From NCBI GenBank assembly GCA_003551215.1, contig PUMD01000133.1, positions 2,494 through 66,493 of the forward strand: 64,000 nucleotides of DNA. Direction: 5' to 3'. Source of the stretch: Clostridia bacterium (GTDB lineage Bacteria > Bacillota > Sulfobacillia > SLMV01). Below the pieces are notes generated by a model. It was given only the letters and a program-made list of their open reading frames with translations. It ran no database searches and was not told the DNA's origin. The first letter of the stretch is position 1, and every line of letters starts with the position of its first letter. The position numbers and the translations under genes are program-made. Shown piece by piece: positions 9,072-19,151 of this stretch.

Positions 9072-11669
9072 GTGTTTGGAAGATATTCAGCAAGAGCACA
9101 TAAGGTGATAGTGTTGGCGCAAGAAGAAGCGCGGCGCCTGAATTACAACTACGTGGGAACCGAGCACCTTCTTCTAGGTCTCATCAGAGAGGGAGGGGGT
9201 GTGGCCGCACGCACCCTGGAGAACGTAGGAATTGATCTGGAGCAGGTGCGTGAAGAGGTTGAAGATATCATTGGAGAGGGCAATACTCCGGTTTCCGGTC
9301 AGATCGGCTTCACACCCCGCGCCAAGAAGGTTGCACTGGAGCTTGCTCCCGAGGAGGCCCGTCGTATGGGCAATAACTACGTGGGAACAGAACATCTCCT
9401 ATTGGGTCTCATAAAGGAAGGAGAGGGAGTGGCGGCGAAAGTCCTGGAGAAGATGGGAGCCGATCTGGATGAGGTCAGGTCCGAGGTAATGGAGCTGCTC
9501 GGGGGACAGGGACAGGAGGCTCCTTCCGGTGGAGAACAACGCCAGCGCAAGTCTGGCAAAACCCCCGCACTGGACACTTATGGTCGGGATCTCATCGAGA
9601 TGGCGAAGGAAGACAAACTGGATCCTGTCATAGGTCGTGAAGCCGAGGTTCAGCGGGTCATTCAGATTCTGAGTCGTAGAACCAAGAATAACCCGGTGCT
9701 GATTGGCGAACCTGGAGTAGGGAAGACTGCCATAGTTGAGGGGTTAGCCCAGCGTATAGTCGAGGGTAATGTACCCGAAATGCTCAAGGGGTGCCGCATC
9801 ATAGGCCTTGATATGGGAAGCCTGGTGGCCGGTTCCAAGTACCGCGGTGAGTTCGAAGAAAGACTGAAGCGAGTCATGGGCGAGATAAAGGAAGCCGGCG
9901 ACGTCATCCTCTTTATCGATGAGATGCATACGATTGTTGGAGCCGGCGCTGCAGAGGGTGCCATCGATGCGTCCAGCATAATAAAGCCCGCCCTGACCCG
10001 CGGCGAGCTGCAGGCCATAGGTGCCACCACTATAGATGAGTACCGAAAGCACGTTGAGAAGGATGCAGCCCTGGAGCGACGCTTCCAGCCGATAATGGTG
10101 GAGGAGCCCTCCGTGGTGGAGACGGTGCAAATACTGCAAGGGCTGCGAGACAAGTATGAGGCCCATCACCGGGTGGAAATCACCGATGAGGCGATAAAGG
10201 CGGCTACAAAGCTTAGTAACCGCTACGTCACTGACCGTTTCCTTCCGGATAAGGCGATTGATCTGGTGGATGAGGCGGCTTCGCGCGTGCGGCTGGATGC
10301 ATTTGTTGCGCCCGCTGGCCTTAAGGAGCTGGAGGATCAGCTGGAAGAAGTGCGAACTGAGAAGGAAGCAGCAGTGCAGGGACAGGAATTTGAAAAGGCG
10401 GCTGAACTACGCGATCAGGAGCGCAAAATAAAGGAGCAGTTGAAGGAACGGAAAAAGGAATGGGAAAAGGAACAGATGACCGATAAATGCGTTGTGTCCG
10501 AGGAAGAGGTAGCGTCTATAGTCTCCGACTGGACAGGTGTACCGGTTTCAAGACTGACAGAGACGGAAGCAGAACGTCTCATGAAGCTTGAAGAAGTGCT
10601 GCACGAACGTGTGGTGTCCCAGCAGGAGGCTGTCAACGCCGTATCGCGAGCTGTGAGACGAGGGCGCACCGGCCTGAAGGATCCGAGAAGGCCAATAGGC
10701 TCCTTTATCTTCCTGGGACCAACCGGGGTGGGTAAGACAGAGCTCAGCAAGGCCCTGGCGGAGGCTCTGTTTGGTGACGAGGACGCCATGGTAACCATCG
10801 ATATGTCCGAGTATCAAGAACGTCACACCGTCTCTAGGTTGTTTGGAGCGCCTCCTGGATATGTGGGTTATGAGGAGGGCGGCCAGCTTACCGAGGCCAT
10901 CAGGCGGCAGCCCTACAGCGTGGTGTTGTTTGACGAAATAGAGAAAGCTCATCCCGAAGTATTCAACACCCTGCTGCAGGTGCTCGAAGAAGGACGTCTT
11001 ACCGAAGCCCAGGGTCGTACGGTAGATTTCCGCAACACAGTGATTATAATGACCTCAAATGCGGGTGCAGAGCTAATTCGTCGGGAGACCGCGGTCGGCT
11101 TCCGCGCTGGTGATGAAGATGGTCCGATGGACTACGAGAGAATGAAGGACAAGATCATGGAGGAAGTCAAAAAGACCTTCCGACCGGAGTTTCTCAACCG
11201 GGTTGACGATATCATAGTGTTCCACGCTCTGACGCAGGAAGACCTGCAGCAGATACTGGAGCTGATGCTGCGGGAAGTACAGGAGCGTCTTGGAGACAAG
11301 ATTCATCTGGCACTGACGGATGCAGCCAAGGAAGTCGTGCTGGATGAAGGCTATGATCCGGTGTATGGAGCCCGTCCGCTCCGTCGGTCCATTGTTCGCC
11401 TTCTCGAGGATCCACTTTCGGATGCCATTTTGGAAGACAGATTTGCAGAAGGTGACCGCGTGGTAGTGGACGCCTCCGACGGCAGCGTAGAGCTGTTGAG
11501 CTGGGAAGAGGCTCAAAAGAGACAGTTAGATGCGGAACTGCTTCCCCTTCCCAAGGAGTCAGAAACCGAGACAGAAGGACAACAGGCAACCTCAAGCGAG
11601 TGCGAGGAGGAAGGTGTAGACTCCGGACCGCGAGCTGCTGACTCCGATAGGCCAGCTGATGAGGGTTGA
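9072..11669 (+). CDS. clpC: ATP-dependent Clp protease ATP-binding subunit ClpC, with a roughly 55-aa acidic C-terminal extension
   Basis: Two Clp-N repeats, two AAA+ modules (GEPGVGKT; GPTGVGKT) and a UVR motif. GTG start after AAGGAGGGAAGG. Confidence 0.9.
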   Translation: MFGRYSARAHKVIVLAQEEARRLNYNYVGTEHLLLGLIREGGGVAARTLENVGIDLEQVREEVEDIIGEGNTPVSGQIGFTPRAKKVALELAPEEARRMGNNYVGTEHLLLGLIKEGEGVAAKVLEKMGADLDEVRSEVMELLGGQGQEAPSGGEQRQRKSGKTPALDTYGRDLIEMAKEDKLDPVIGREAEVQRVIQILSRRTKNNPVLIGEPGVGKTAIVEGLAQRIVEGNVPEMLKGCRIIGLDMGSLVAGSKYRGEFEERLKRVMGEIKEAGDVILFIDEMHTIVGAGAAEGAIDASSIIKPALTRGELQAIGATTIDEYRKHVEKDAALERRFQPIMVEEPSVVETVQILQGLRDKYEAHHRVEITDEAIKAATKLSNRYVTDRFLPDKAIDLVDEAASRVRLDAFVAPAGLKELEDQLEEVRTEKEAAVQGQEFEKAAELRDQERKIKEQLKERKKEWEKEQMTDKCVVSEEEVASIVSDWTGVPVSRLTETEAERLMKLEEVLHERVVSQQEAVNAVSRAVRRGRTGLKDPRRPIGSFIFLGPTGVGKTELSKALAEALFGDEDAMVTIDMSEYQERHTVSRLFGAPPGYVGYEEGGQLTEAIRRQPYSVVLFDEIEKAHPEVFNTLLQVLEEGRLTEAQGRTVDFRNTVIIMTSNAGAELIRRETAVGFRAGDEDGPMDYERMKDKIMEEVKKTFRPEFLNRVDDIIVFHALTQEDLQQILELMLREVQERLGDKIHLALTDAAKEVVLDEGYDPVYGARPLRRSIVRLLEDPLSDAILEDRFAEGDRVVVDASDGSVELLSWEEAQKRQLDAELLPLPKESETETEGQQATSSECEEEGVDSGPRAADSDRPADEG

Positions 11670-11683
11670 ATCCAGATCTTAAA

Positions 11684-11707
11684 GGCCCCGGCGATCCCGC
11701 CGGGGCC
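11684..11707. terminator. Bidirectional hairpin terminator between clpC and the convergent small gene
   Basis: Perfect 10-bp inverted repeat GGCCCCGGCG-atcc-CGCCGGGGCC. AAA on the plus side gives a T-tract for the minus-strand transcript. Confidence 0.55.
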
Positions 11708-11733
11708 TGACAATCAACTGTGCACAGCGGAAC

Positions 11734-12129
11734 TCAAGACAGCCGGTAGACACCCAGAGTATCCATCTTCTTTTGCTCTTTTTGCAGGATTTTATGCAGA
11801 TTCATGTCGAAAGCGTTGCAAAGAGAAGCCAGGTAAAAAAAGTGCATGCCGATCTCTGATTCTATAGTTTCGCGACACTCGTCACACAGCTTACCTTCAA
11901 TGTGATGACTCATGTATTCTGGAAGCTGCTGCAGGGAGATGTCCTCTGGGATGGCAGGTTTCTGAGCATTTACGCTTATGCAGCCACAGCTGGTTGTGGC
12001 CTTGGCGACGGCCCTGTTTACCCGTGCCCCTGCTTCGTGGCACTTGGCCAATATGTCCAGAATGCTTCTGTGCCGTATGGTGCATTCATCTACCATGTGT
12101 TGAAAATTGTCGGTTAGAAGCTCTTTCAT
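11734..12129 (-). CDS. Hypothetical Cys/His-rich small protein (131 aa), possible metal-binding
   Basis: ATG preceded by GGAGG. Motifs HxxxC, SCGCIS, HHIEGKLCDEC. No family confidently recognised. Occupies the slot where radA/disA normally follow clpC, on the opposite strand. Confidence 0.4.
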   Translation of the reverse strand: MKELLTDNFQHMVDECTIRHRSILDILAKCHEAGARVNRAVAKATTSCGCISVNAQKPAIPEDISLQQLPEYMSHHIEGKLCDECRETIESEIGMHFFYLASLCNAFDMNLHKILQKEQKKMDTLGVYRLS

Positions 12130-12444
12130 AGTCAGCCTCCATTCTCCCTGTAGCGAGTATGTGCAATGAAACGAACGCTGCGGCAAGTCAAGCTGAATTA
12201 TATCTCTTTGCGATACCTACTGTCAAAGTTTGCCCCGGATACAGGCCGAAGTGCCAAAGACTTGAGCAGCTGCCGCCACAAACCGATTATAACCATAGAA
12301 GGTTGCGAATTGGAACAGAAAGCTTTAATGTGAGTCAAAGATGCCGCAAGCATAGGAAGGTCAGCGCTGTGGTGCATTAAACTTCCAAACTGCGGGCAGT
12401 ATAAGTAGGAGTACAGATGAATCAGGTGAGGGGAGGTGACAAAC

Positions 12445-13626
12445 GTGGCTGAGCATGAACAGGGCAAAGTTGAGGAATCCGACAGGATACTGCGGATATC
12501 CGGGACTGTCAGGTTGTGGTTGGCCATCGTGGGTTTCATTGTGGGCGGGATCGGCACCTTTTATGGGCTTGACTCCATCGAAGTCCTGCTGGGGTTTTCC
12601 CTCATTCTCGTCCAGGCTGCAGGAGCTATAGCCTTCGGCGGGCTGCTGGGAGCTTTGCTGGTTGCGCTGCTTGCTCCATTTTTGCTTACCTGCGTGATCC
12701 GGTTGGGGATATGGATGGAAGGCAAGCTGGTGTCAGTGCCCCTCAGCGATATACTGGTCGGGGCGGTTGGACTCATATTTGGACTCATAATTGCTAATCT
12801 CTTGGGATCTGCGTTTTCCGAGCTCCCCTGGCTGGGTGGGATTGTTCCCACGGTTGGAGCCATTGTGCTGGGTTACTCCGGATGGGTTGTAGCCGTCAAC
12901 AAAAAACCTGACCTGATAGCCTGGGGGCGTACCGCCTGGCAAAACACCCCCTTGTTCTCTGGCTCTTCGGACAGTGGCGAAGAGGGTGGTGGGCATTCAG
13001 ATGCAGACGTTCCCAAAATTGTGGACTCCAGTGCGATCATTGACGGCCGCATAGCAGATGTCTGCCGGACTGGTTTTCTCGAAGGACCTCTGGTCATACC
13101 GTCGTTTGTGCTGCAGGAAGTTCAGCACGTGGCGGATTCATCTGATGAAATAAGACGCAATCGTGGTCGTAGGGGCCTGGATATTCTGAATACCATCCGT
13201 GATGAACTTGATATCGAGGTTGAGGTTTATCAGCAGGACCCGGAAAAGGATAGCGGCAATGGTGATGTGGACACGAAGCTTCTACAGCTGGCCAGACAGC
13301 TGGACGGTAAAGTCATCACCAATGACTACAATCTGAACAAAGTAGCCGTGCTTCAGGGAGTTGAGGTGCTCAATATCAACGATCTGGCCAACGCACTCAA
13401 GCCCATGGTTATTCCCGGCGAAAGGATGGAGATCCAGCTGATCAAGGAAGGGAAGGAACCGGGGCAGGGAGTAGGGTACCTCGATGATGGTACCATGGTG
13501 GTGGTAGACGATGGCAGATCGCACATCGGAGATGTGATATCGGTGGTCGTAACCAGCGTATTGCAGACTTCTGCCGGACGGATGATATTTGCACGTCCCG
13601 AAGATCTGGCCAACGCAGCTCCCTAA
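12445..13626 (+). CDS. PIN- and TRAM-domain membrane protein (YacL-like)
   Basis: N-terminal transmembrane segments, a PIN domain (VDSSAIIDGR...TNDYNL) and a C-terminal TRAM-like beta-barrel (GQGVGYLDDGTMVVVDDG). Conserved after clpC in Firmicutes. Confidence 0.7.
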   Translation: MAEHEQGKVEESDRILRISGTVRLWLAIVGFIVGGIGTFYGLDSIEVLLGFSLILVQAAGAIAFGGLLGALLVALLAPFLLTCVIRLGIWMEGKLVSVPLSDILVGAVGLIFGLIIANLLGSAFSELPWLGGIVPTVGAIVLGYSGWVVAVNKKPDLIAWGRTAWQNTPLFSGSSDSGEEGGGHSDADVPKIVDSSAIIDGRIADVCRTGFLEGPLVIPSFVLQEVQHVADSSDEIRRNRGRRGLDILNTIRDELDIEVEVYQQDPEKDSGNGDVDTKLLQLARQLDGKVITNDYNLNKVAVLQGVEVLNINDLANALKPMVIPGERMEIQLIKEGKEPGQGVGYLDDGTMVVVDDGRSHIGDVISVVVTSVLQTSAGRMIFARPEDLANAAP

Positions 13627-13657
13627 GCCAGCTGGAGGATTGGGAGAGGTAACCGCA

Positions 13658-14860
13658 ATGGAATCATTTTCAGTGATAATAGCCGCCGCCGGTCGCGGTC
13701 GTCGTATGGGGGGCGTAGACAAGGCGCTGTTGCCGCTGGCAGGGAAACCGCTTCTGACGCACTGTCTGTCATGCTTTGCTGCCATGGAGGAGGTCAGTGA
13801 AGTTGTTGTAGCCGGACGCGGGGCGATTCTTCCTGCCTTGCGCAGGCTGATGGCAGCCCATCAGCTGCCGGGCAGGGTTGTTCGCGGGGGCATTACCCGC
13901 CGGGAATCTGTATATCGTGGATTGGCTGCCCTGACAGGGCAAAGCCAGCTGGTGGCTGTTCACGATGTTGCCCGGCCGCTGATTACGCCGAAGCTGACCC
14001 GTGATGTTGTGTCAGCCGCCGCAAGCAGGCAGGCCGCAGCTGCAGCCGTACCAATATCAGATACTGTAAAAGAGATACATCCAGGGTCACAAGGAGCTTC
14101 TGAAGAGGAAGTTGCATCCACTCTGGCGCGTCAGTTTTTGCGCAGGGTGCAAACACCTCAGGTATTTTCTCATAAGTTACTACTAGAGGCTCATCGCTCC
14201 CTGGATGATGAAGAAGAGAACCAACTGACAGATGATGCTTCCATGGTGGAAGCCCTGGGGCATCCGGTATATCTGGTAAAAGGACAGAGCAGCAATCTGA
14301 AAATAACAACCTGGCATGACAAGACGGTGGCTGAGGCGTTGCATGCGCAGAGAGAGGAAGGTGCGCCCTGCCCCACCGGGGCGGGGGCATTGAGATGTGG
14401 AATCGGTTACGACATACACCGTTTTACCGACGAAGGCACCCTGACACTGGGTGGTGTACAGATCCCCGGGTCACCTCAGTTGGAGGGTCACTCTGATGCG
14501 GATGCCTTGCTTCATTCGGTTGCAGATGCGTTGCTTGGGGCATGTTCACTTGGGGATATTGGAGAGCACTTCCCTCCTGATGACCCGGAGTTTGAAAATG
14601 CCTGCAGCAGGCTTTTGCTGTCCCGGGTTGTCGCCATCCTGCGGGAAGCTGGGTACAGGCCGAGCAATGTTGATGCAACTGTCATAGCTGAGACGCCTCG
14701 GCTGGCCCCTCATGTGATGAGGATGCGGGAGAGTCTGGGTGGAACCCTGGATCTGCCGCCGGGCTCTGTCTCAATCAAGGCCACGACCAATGAGGGGCTC
14801 GGACCGGTGGGTGAGGGAAAAGCGATCGCCTCGCTCGCGGTCTGCACTGTAGTCAAGTAG
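13658..14860 (+). CDS. ispDF: Bifunctional IspD/IspF (MEP cytidylyltransferase fused to MEcPP synthase)
   Basis: N-terminal IspD (IIAAAGRGRRMG, VHDVARP). C-terminal IspF (GIGYDIHRF, GHSDADALLHSVADALLGA) joined by a Gly/Pro linker with no intervening stop. RBS GGAGAGG before ATG 13658. Confidence 0.8.
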   Translation: MESFSVIIAAAGRGRRMGGVDKALLPLAGKPLLTHCLSCFAAMEEVSEVVVAGRGAILPALRRLMAAHQLPGRVVRGGITRRESVYRGLAALTGQSQLVAVHDVARPLITPKLTRDVVSAAASRQAAAAAVPISDTVKEIHPGSQGASEEEVASTLARQFLRRVQTPQVFSHKLLLEAHRSLDDEEENQLTDDASMVEALGHPVYLVKGQSSNLKITTWHDKTVAEALHAQREEGAPCPTGAGALRCGIGYDIHRFTDEGTLTLGGVQIPGSPQLEGHSDADALLHSVADALLGACSLGDIGEHFPPDDPEFENACSRLLLSRVVAILREAGYRPSNVDATVIAETPRLAPHVMRMRESLGGTLDLPPGSVSIKATTNEGLGPVGEGKAIASLAVCTVVK

Positions 14861-14871
14861 GGAGCGGTGGG

Positions 14872-14895
14872 CCTCCTTTCGACCACGAAAGGAGG
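14872..14895 (+). promoter_or_regulatory. Hairpin that sequesters the RBS of the RlpA-like gene
   Basis: CCTCCTTTCG-acca-CGAAAGGAGG. The 3' arm is the AGGAGG Shine-Dalgarno located 9 nt before GTG 14905. Confidence 0.3.
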
Positions 14896-14904
14896 TTGGT
14901 CGCC

Positions 14905-15708
14905 GTGTCATCTGACAATTGCACCAAAGTTCAGCTTCACATCATCTGCCTCGGGTTGATCCTGAGCCTGGTCATGTCTGTGTGCATGACGCTGGGGACA
15001 CAGGGCCTGCTTGAGGCTTCTGATTTGTGCGCAGAGAGCAGGCCAGATTTCCGGCTCAACTGGTACGACGACAGCGAATATCCAGTGGCAGAGCTGACCT
15101 GCCAGGGACAGGCGGTTTTCCGGATCAGGGCTCCTCTGGGTCGATGGACCGTCAATCATCGGGGACGTAAGGTACTGCAGCGTCTCCGGGCTCGAACCTG
15201 GTGCGCCGAGGAAATCGAATCCGTCCGGCCCGGTGAAGTCAACGGATATTCTGTGGTGCTGGTTGCTGATGAGGTTCTGGTGACAGTTGATGCGCAGACT
15301 TCCAGTATTAACAAGTCTACCCCGGAAGATCTGGCAGCCATTTGGGCCAACAATTTGAGGGAATCTCTGGGCCTGCGGGCGGAAGATTTCTCCGCGGAAA
15401 GTGAGGAGAGCGAGGAGGTCGTGACCATGGTGGCTTCCTGGTACGGTGATTCATTTGCCGGCCGCCGTACGGCCAGTGGAGAGATATTCGACCCTGATCG
15501 TCTTACAGCTGCTCACCGCTGGTTACCGTTCGGAACTACACTGGAGGTGCTTTGCCCAAAGACTGACCGTTCTGTAGTTGTAGTAGTCAATGATCGCGGT
15601 CCTTTTGCTGAAGGAAGGGACCTGGATCTGTCCCGGGCAGCAGCAGAGCATCTGGGAATGGTCAGACGAGGTGTGGCTCAGGTTAAGGTATTCGTACACG
15701 GAAAATAG
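14905..15708 (+). CDS. RlpA-like double-psi beta-barrel (DPBB) lipoprotein/membrane-anchored protein
   Basis: N-terminal hydrophobic anchor. C-terminal DPBB block VASWYGDSFAGRRTASGEIFDPD...VVVNDRGPF. Confidence 0.55.
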   Translation: MSSDNCTKVQLHIICLGLILSLVMSVCMTLGTQGLLEASDLCAESRPDFRLNWYDDSEYPVAELTCQGQAVFRIRAPLGRWTVNHRGRKVLQRLRARTWCAEEIESVRPGEVNGYSVVLVADEVLVTVDAQTSSINKSTPEDLAAIWANNLRESLGLRAEDFSAESEESEEVVTMVASWYGDSFAGRRTASGEIFDPDRLTAAHRWLPFGTTLEVLCPKTDRSVVVVVNDRGPFAEGRDLDLSRAAAEHLGMVRRGVAQVKVFVHGK

Positions 15709-15796
15709 GGTACCAATATGGGCATATCAGCAGCCTGCCGTTCGCTGTGAACTGCAGTATGGTATAATGGGATTGTTGCAATGGGAGGTGAAGTGG

Positions 15797-17281
15797 TTGG
15801 TTCTAAGAGCTTTTAACACTCTGACCGGCCGCAAGGAGGAGGTTGACCTTCCCAAAGATCGACCGGTCAGAATATATGTTTGTGGAATCACACCGTACAG
15901 CAGCACTCATCTCGGACATGCCCGTCCGGCGGTGTTTTGGGATACTGTGGCCAAGTACCTTGAGTACAGGGGAAATGAAGTATACATGGTACAGAATGTT
16001 ACCGATGTCAATGAAAAGGTGTGGACAAGATCTCAGCTGGAGGGAGTCGGTGAAAAGGAACTGGCTCGACGTTACAACCGCGAATACGAGGATGTGTTGG
16101 AGGACCTCGGGATCACAACGATAGATGAGTATCCATGGGTGTCAGATCACATAGATGAGATTATTGATATGGTTGAGGCACTTATCGAGCAGGGACACGC
16201 CTATCAGGTAGACGAAGACGTATTTTTTGATGTATCCACCTTCGAACGTTACGGTCAGCTTTCGGGGCAGAGCCCGGACGAACTCGTGGCAGGAGCCCGG
16301 GTCGAAGTTGATGAACGCAAGAAGCATCCAGCAGATTTTGCCCTGTGGAAGTCTCCCACCGAGAACCAGCCCAGCTGGCCCAGTCCCTGGGGACAGGGAA
16401 GGCCTGGCTGGCATATTGAATGCTCTGCCATGGCCATCAAGTTCCTAGGTTTCGGTTTCGATTTTCACGGCGGCGGTACAGATCTCATATTCCCACATCA
16501 CGAAAACGAAATCGCGCAAAGTGAGGCTTACGCCGATGATTCTCCGTTCGTCAGGTGCTGGATTCATCACGGAATGATTACGGGAGAGGACGGGAAGATG
16601 TCAAAATCGCTGGGCAACTTCGTCACTGCCGATGAACTTCTGTCCGAGTACCGTCCAGAAGTCGTGCGGCATTTTTTGCTCAGTGCCCATTACTCTACAC
16701 CTCTCAAGTACAGCGAGGAGATAATGAAGAAGTCTCAGAGGGCCTTCGACAGGCTCATTTCTTGCGTGCAGTCGCTCGATCAGCTGCTGGACAGCAACCC
16801 CGAGGAAGATGTTCCACTGGCTGATAGCGAAGCTGAGGAGGTATATGCGGTGGCTGATGAGATGAAGCGCGAGTTCTGTTCAGCCATGGATGATGACTTC
16901 AACACAGCTCGAGCGCTGGCTGCGCTGTTTGGAGGAGTGCGTAAGGTTAACGGGTTTATCAATACCCCCGATTTTGCGCTAAGCGCTGACGTCAAACAGG
17001 CTCTCGCTGATGTTAAAGACCAGCTGGAAATCTGCAGCAGGATTCTGGGAGTATGGCCGGAGAAGGGAATCTTGCAGGATGATGCAGGGCCCGATACTGT
17101 GGGCCTGGAGTCTGAAGCGCAGCAAGAGTTGGTGCAGCTTCTGATCGAAGTGCGCCAGGAGGCACGGGAAAAGAAGTTGTGGGGAATTGCTGACAAGATA
17201 CGCGACGGCCTGGCGGAGTTGAATATTCGCTTGGAGGATACTCCGCAGGGTACCAGGGTGCGAAGTACTCGCGAGGGTTGA
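15797..17281 (+). CDS. cysS: Cysteinyl-tRNA synthetase
   Basis: HLGHARP (HIGH), KMSKSLGN (KMSKS), zinc-binding CGITPY/HIEC. N-terminus FNTLTGRKEE. Start is TTG 15797 or GTG 15788 after GGGAGGTG. An extended -10 TGgTATAAT lies at 15760-15768. Confidence 0.85.
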   Translation: MVLRAFNTLTGRKEEVDLPKDRPVRIYVCGITPYSSTHLGHARPAVFWDTVAKYLEYRGNEVYMVQNVTDVNEKVWTRSQLEGVGEKELARRYNREYEDVLEDLGITTIDEYPWVSDHIDEIIDMVEALIEQGHAYQVDEDVFFDVSTFERYGQLSGQSPDELVAGARVEVDERKKHPADFALWKSPTENQPSWPSPWGQGRPGWHIECSAMAIKFLGFGFDFHGGGTDLIFPHHENEIAQSEAYADDSPFVRCWIHHGMITGEDGKMSKSLGNFVTADELLSEYRPEVVRHFLLSAHYSTPLKYSEEIMKKSQRAFDRLISCVQSLDQLLDSNPEEDVPLADSEAEEVYAVADEMKREFCSAMDDDFNTARALAALFGGVRKVNGFINTPDFALSADVKQALADVKDQLEICSRILGVWPEKGILQDDAGPDTVGLESEAQQELVQLLIEVRQEAREKKLWGIADKIRDGLAELNIRLEDTPQGTRVRSTREG

Positions 17282-17306
17282 ACCGGGGCTAAAGGGCTTT
17301 GAGGGG

Positions 17307-18053
17307 ATGAAGACCTTGCAGGTACAGCTAATCCGGTACACCGAAGATCCGGACAAGACTGTGGCCATGGCGGCAAGACTTTGCTACTCGCCATCCACGA
17401 TAGATCAGCTGAGTGATAACCTCGACGAGGAGGCTGAGGTTGGCCGCATAATCAAGATGCTGGTTGACCGCGGCCATCTGTCACCATTTGAACACGCCTA
17501 TTTCACCGTGGGAATAGAAGGGCTGAGCCGAGTGGCATCTCATCAGTTGGTGCGGTCTCGCATTGCAAGCTATTCTCAGCAGTCGCAGCGGTACATAGAG
17601 CACAGGGACTTTGACTATGTTGTACCGCCCAGTATCGCCGCCAGCAGCGAACTGCAGGAGGAGTTTGATGCGCATTTGCGCCGGTCGCGACAGCTTTACC
17701 GTCGCCTTCGCGAGGGGGGTGTTGCTAAAGAGGATGCCCGGTTTGTGCTGCCGCAGGCCACCGCTAGCAGCATAGTCATGTCGAAGAATGCACGTGCGTG
17801 GCTCGAATGGATCCAGCTACGAACCTGCAACCGCTCCCAGTGGGAAATACGGCAGCTGGCACGGAGTATTACTCAGCTGTTGAAAGAAGTAGCGCCTCAT
17901 ATTTTCGCTTTCGCAGGACCCCCCTGTGTGAGTCAGGGGTTTTGCCGGGAGGGCGATGATAGTTGCAGCCGAATTGATGGAATCGACGTTGATTCTTTGC
18001 CTTTCAAGACCGCCACAGTCAGGCAGCAGGACAGCACCTGCTCTGAGGAGTGA
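17307..18053 (+). CDS. thyX: Flavin-dependent thymidylate synthase ThyX
   Basis: ThyX motif RHRIASYSQQSQRY. Confidence 0.8.
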   Translation: MKTLQVQLIRYTEDPDKTVAMAARLCYSPSTIDQLSDNLDEEAEVGRIIKMLVDRGHLSPFEHAYFTVGIEGLSRVASHQLVRSRIASYSQQSQRYIEHRDFDYVVPPSIAASSELQEEFDAHLRRSRQLYRRLREGGVAKEDARFVLPQATASSIVMSKNARAWLEWIQLRTCNRSQWEIRQLARSITQLLKEVAPHIFAFAGPPCVSQGFCREGDDSCSRIDGIDVDSLPFKTATVRQQDSTCSEE

Positions 18054-18065
18054 CACAGTCTCCAG

Positions 18066-18803
18066 ATGAAGCGCGATCGCATCGAAGGAAAACAGCCGGT
18101 CAGAGAAGCGCTGCGGTCCAACAGACGCCGCATTCACCATCTGCAGATTTCCCAACGGGTAAGCAGAAGCGATGTTGAAGATTTGCTGCAGGAGGCCGCC
18201 CGTCAGGAGATCGAGGTATCATGGGTGCGCGAGAGCACCGTGCAAAAGCAGTCCAGAATTGACTCCCACCAGGGAGTGGTGGCTATATGTGAACCTTTCC
18301 GCTATGGTTCCGTCGAAGAAGTGTTGAGTCGGGCAAACCGGGAAGGCGTGCCCCCCATGATACTTGTGGCTGCCCACATACAGGACCCACAGAACTTGGG
18401 TGCTCTGATCCGGACTGCCGAGGTTGCAGGAGCGCACGGGGTGATTATTCCGCGTAGGCGCGCGGCCGGAGTAACTTCCGCTGTAGTGAAGGCATCGGCC
18501 GGGGCAACGGAGCACATGCCGGTGGTAAGGGTTACCAACCTGGTCAGGACGGTCAAGCAGCTGAAGGACAGGCGGATCTGGTTTTATGGTGGAGACGTTG
18601 AGGGGCGATGTCTTTATGATGTGAGGCTTGACGGGGCAGTGGGTTTGTGCGTCGGCAGCGAAGGAACTGGACTACCCCGACTATTGAAGGAGACATGTGA
18701 CGGACTGGTCAGGATACCTCAGAAGGGTCAGATAGAGTCGTTAAATGTTTCTGTTGCGGGTGCCGTACTAATGTATGAAGTGGTCCGCCGAAGAATGGGA
18801 TGA
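18066..18803 (+). CDS. rlmB: TrmH/SpoU-family 23S rRNA 2'-O-methyltransferase (RlmB/YacO-like)
   Basis: SpoU methylase motifs (QDPQNLGALIRTAEVAG; GSEGTGL; SLNVSVAGAV). Confidence 0.75.
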   Translation: MKRDRIEGKQPVREALRSNRRRIHHLQISQRVSRSDVEDLLQEAARQEIEVSWVRESTVQKQSRIDSHQGVVAICEPFRYGSVEEVLSRANREGVPPMILVAAHIQDPQNLGALIRTAEVAGAHGVIIPRRRAAGVTSAVVKASAGATEHMPVVRVTNLVRTVKQLKDRRIWFYGGDVEGRCLYDVRLDGAVGLCVGSEGTGLPRLLKETCDGLVRIPQKGQIESLNVSVAGAVLMYEVVRRRMG

Positions 18804-18906
18804 GATTATATCGGACGGTACCGCGCATGGCTTCAACCGTTTTGCTTTGCATAAATACCCAACGACATGTCTTCAGTGGAGCTTGTAGACGTTGTGACGA
18901 TAGTGG

Positions 18907-18936
18907 TTGACCTGCATGCAGTACTGTCAGTATAAT
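18907..18936 (+). promoter_or_regulatory. Near-consensus sigma-A-type promoter upstream of sigH
   Basis: TTGACC, an 18-nt spacer, then TATAAT. The spacer contains the palindromes TGCATGCA and CAGTACTG. It would give a roughly 200-nt leader before sigH. Confidence 0.4.
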
Positions 18937-19151
18937 ATGCAATGTGCTAATAGTTTATGAGGTTAATCCTTCGTCGAAGATCGGTTGTCGGCCTGTTCAT
19001 ACAGCGCAAGGATAGGTTTCTGAGCCACAGTATATGTAGTTTTCTAACCAGCAGACATAAGTTTGCTGCGACCATCATACTTTTATCTTGTGTACATGTT
19101 CGAGTTTCTCCACAACCAGAATGACCCCCAAGGAAGTGGAGGAGAAAATAA

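Noticed and set aside
9662-10169. Long antisense ORFs (141-163 aa) inside clpC; similar ones occur inside hydB, hydA and comEC
   Set aside because: These are typical stop-codon-poor antisense frames of high-GC coding sequence, fully contained within strongly supported genes.
15590-15796. N-terminal extension of the cysS ORF overlapping the RlpA-like gene
   Set aside because: The extension has no synthetase homology and overlaps the upstream gene. The conserved N-terminus (FNTLTGRKEE) and RBS place the real start at 15788/15797.
18957-19136. 59-aa ORF in the sigH leader
   Set aside because: No RBS, and the Arg-rich hydrophobic sequence has no recognisable family. It is more likely an untranslated leader downstream of the TTGACC/TATAAT promoter.
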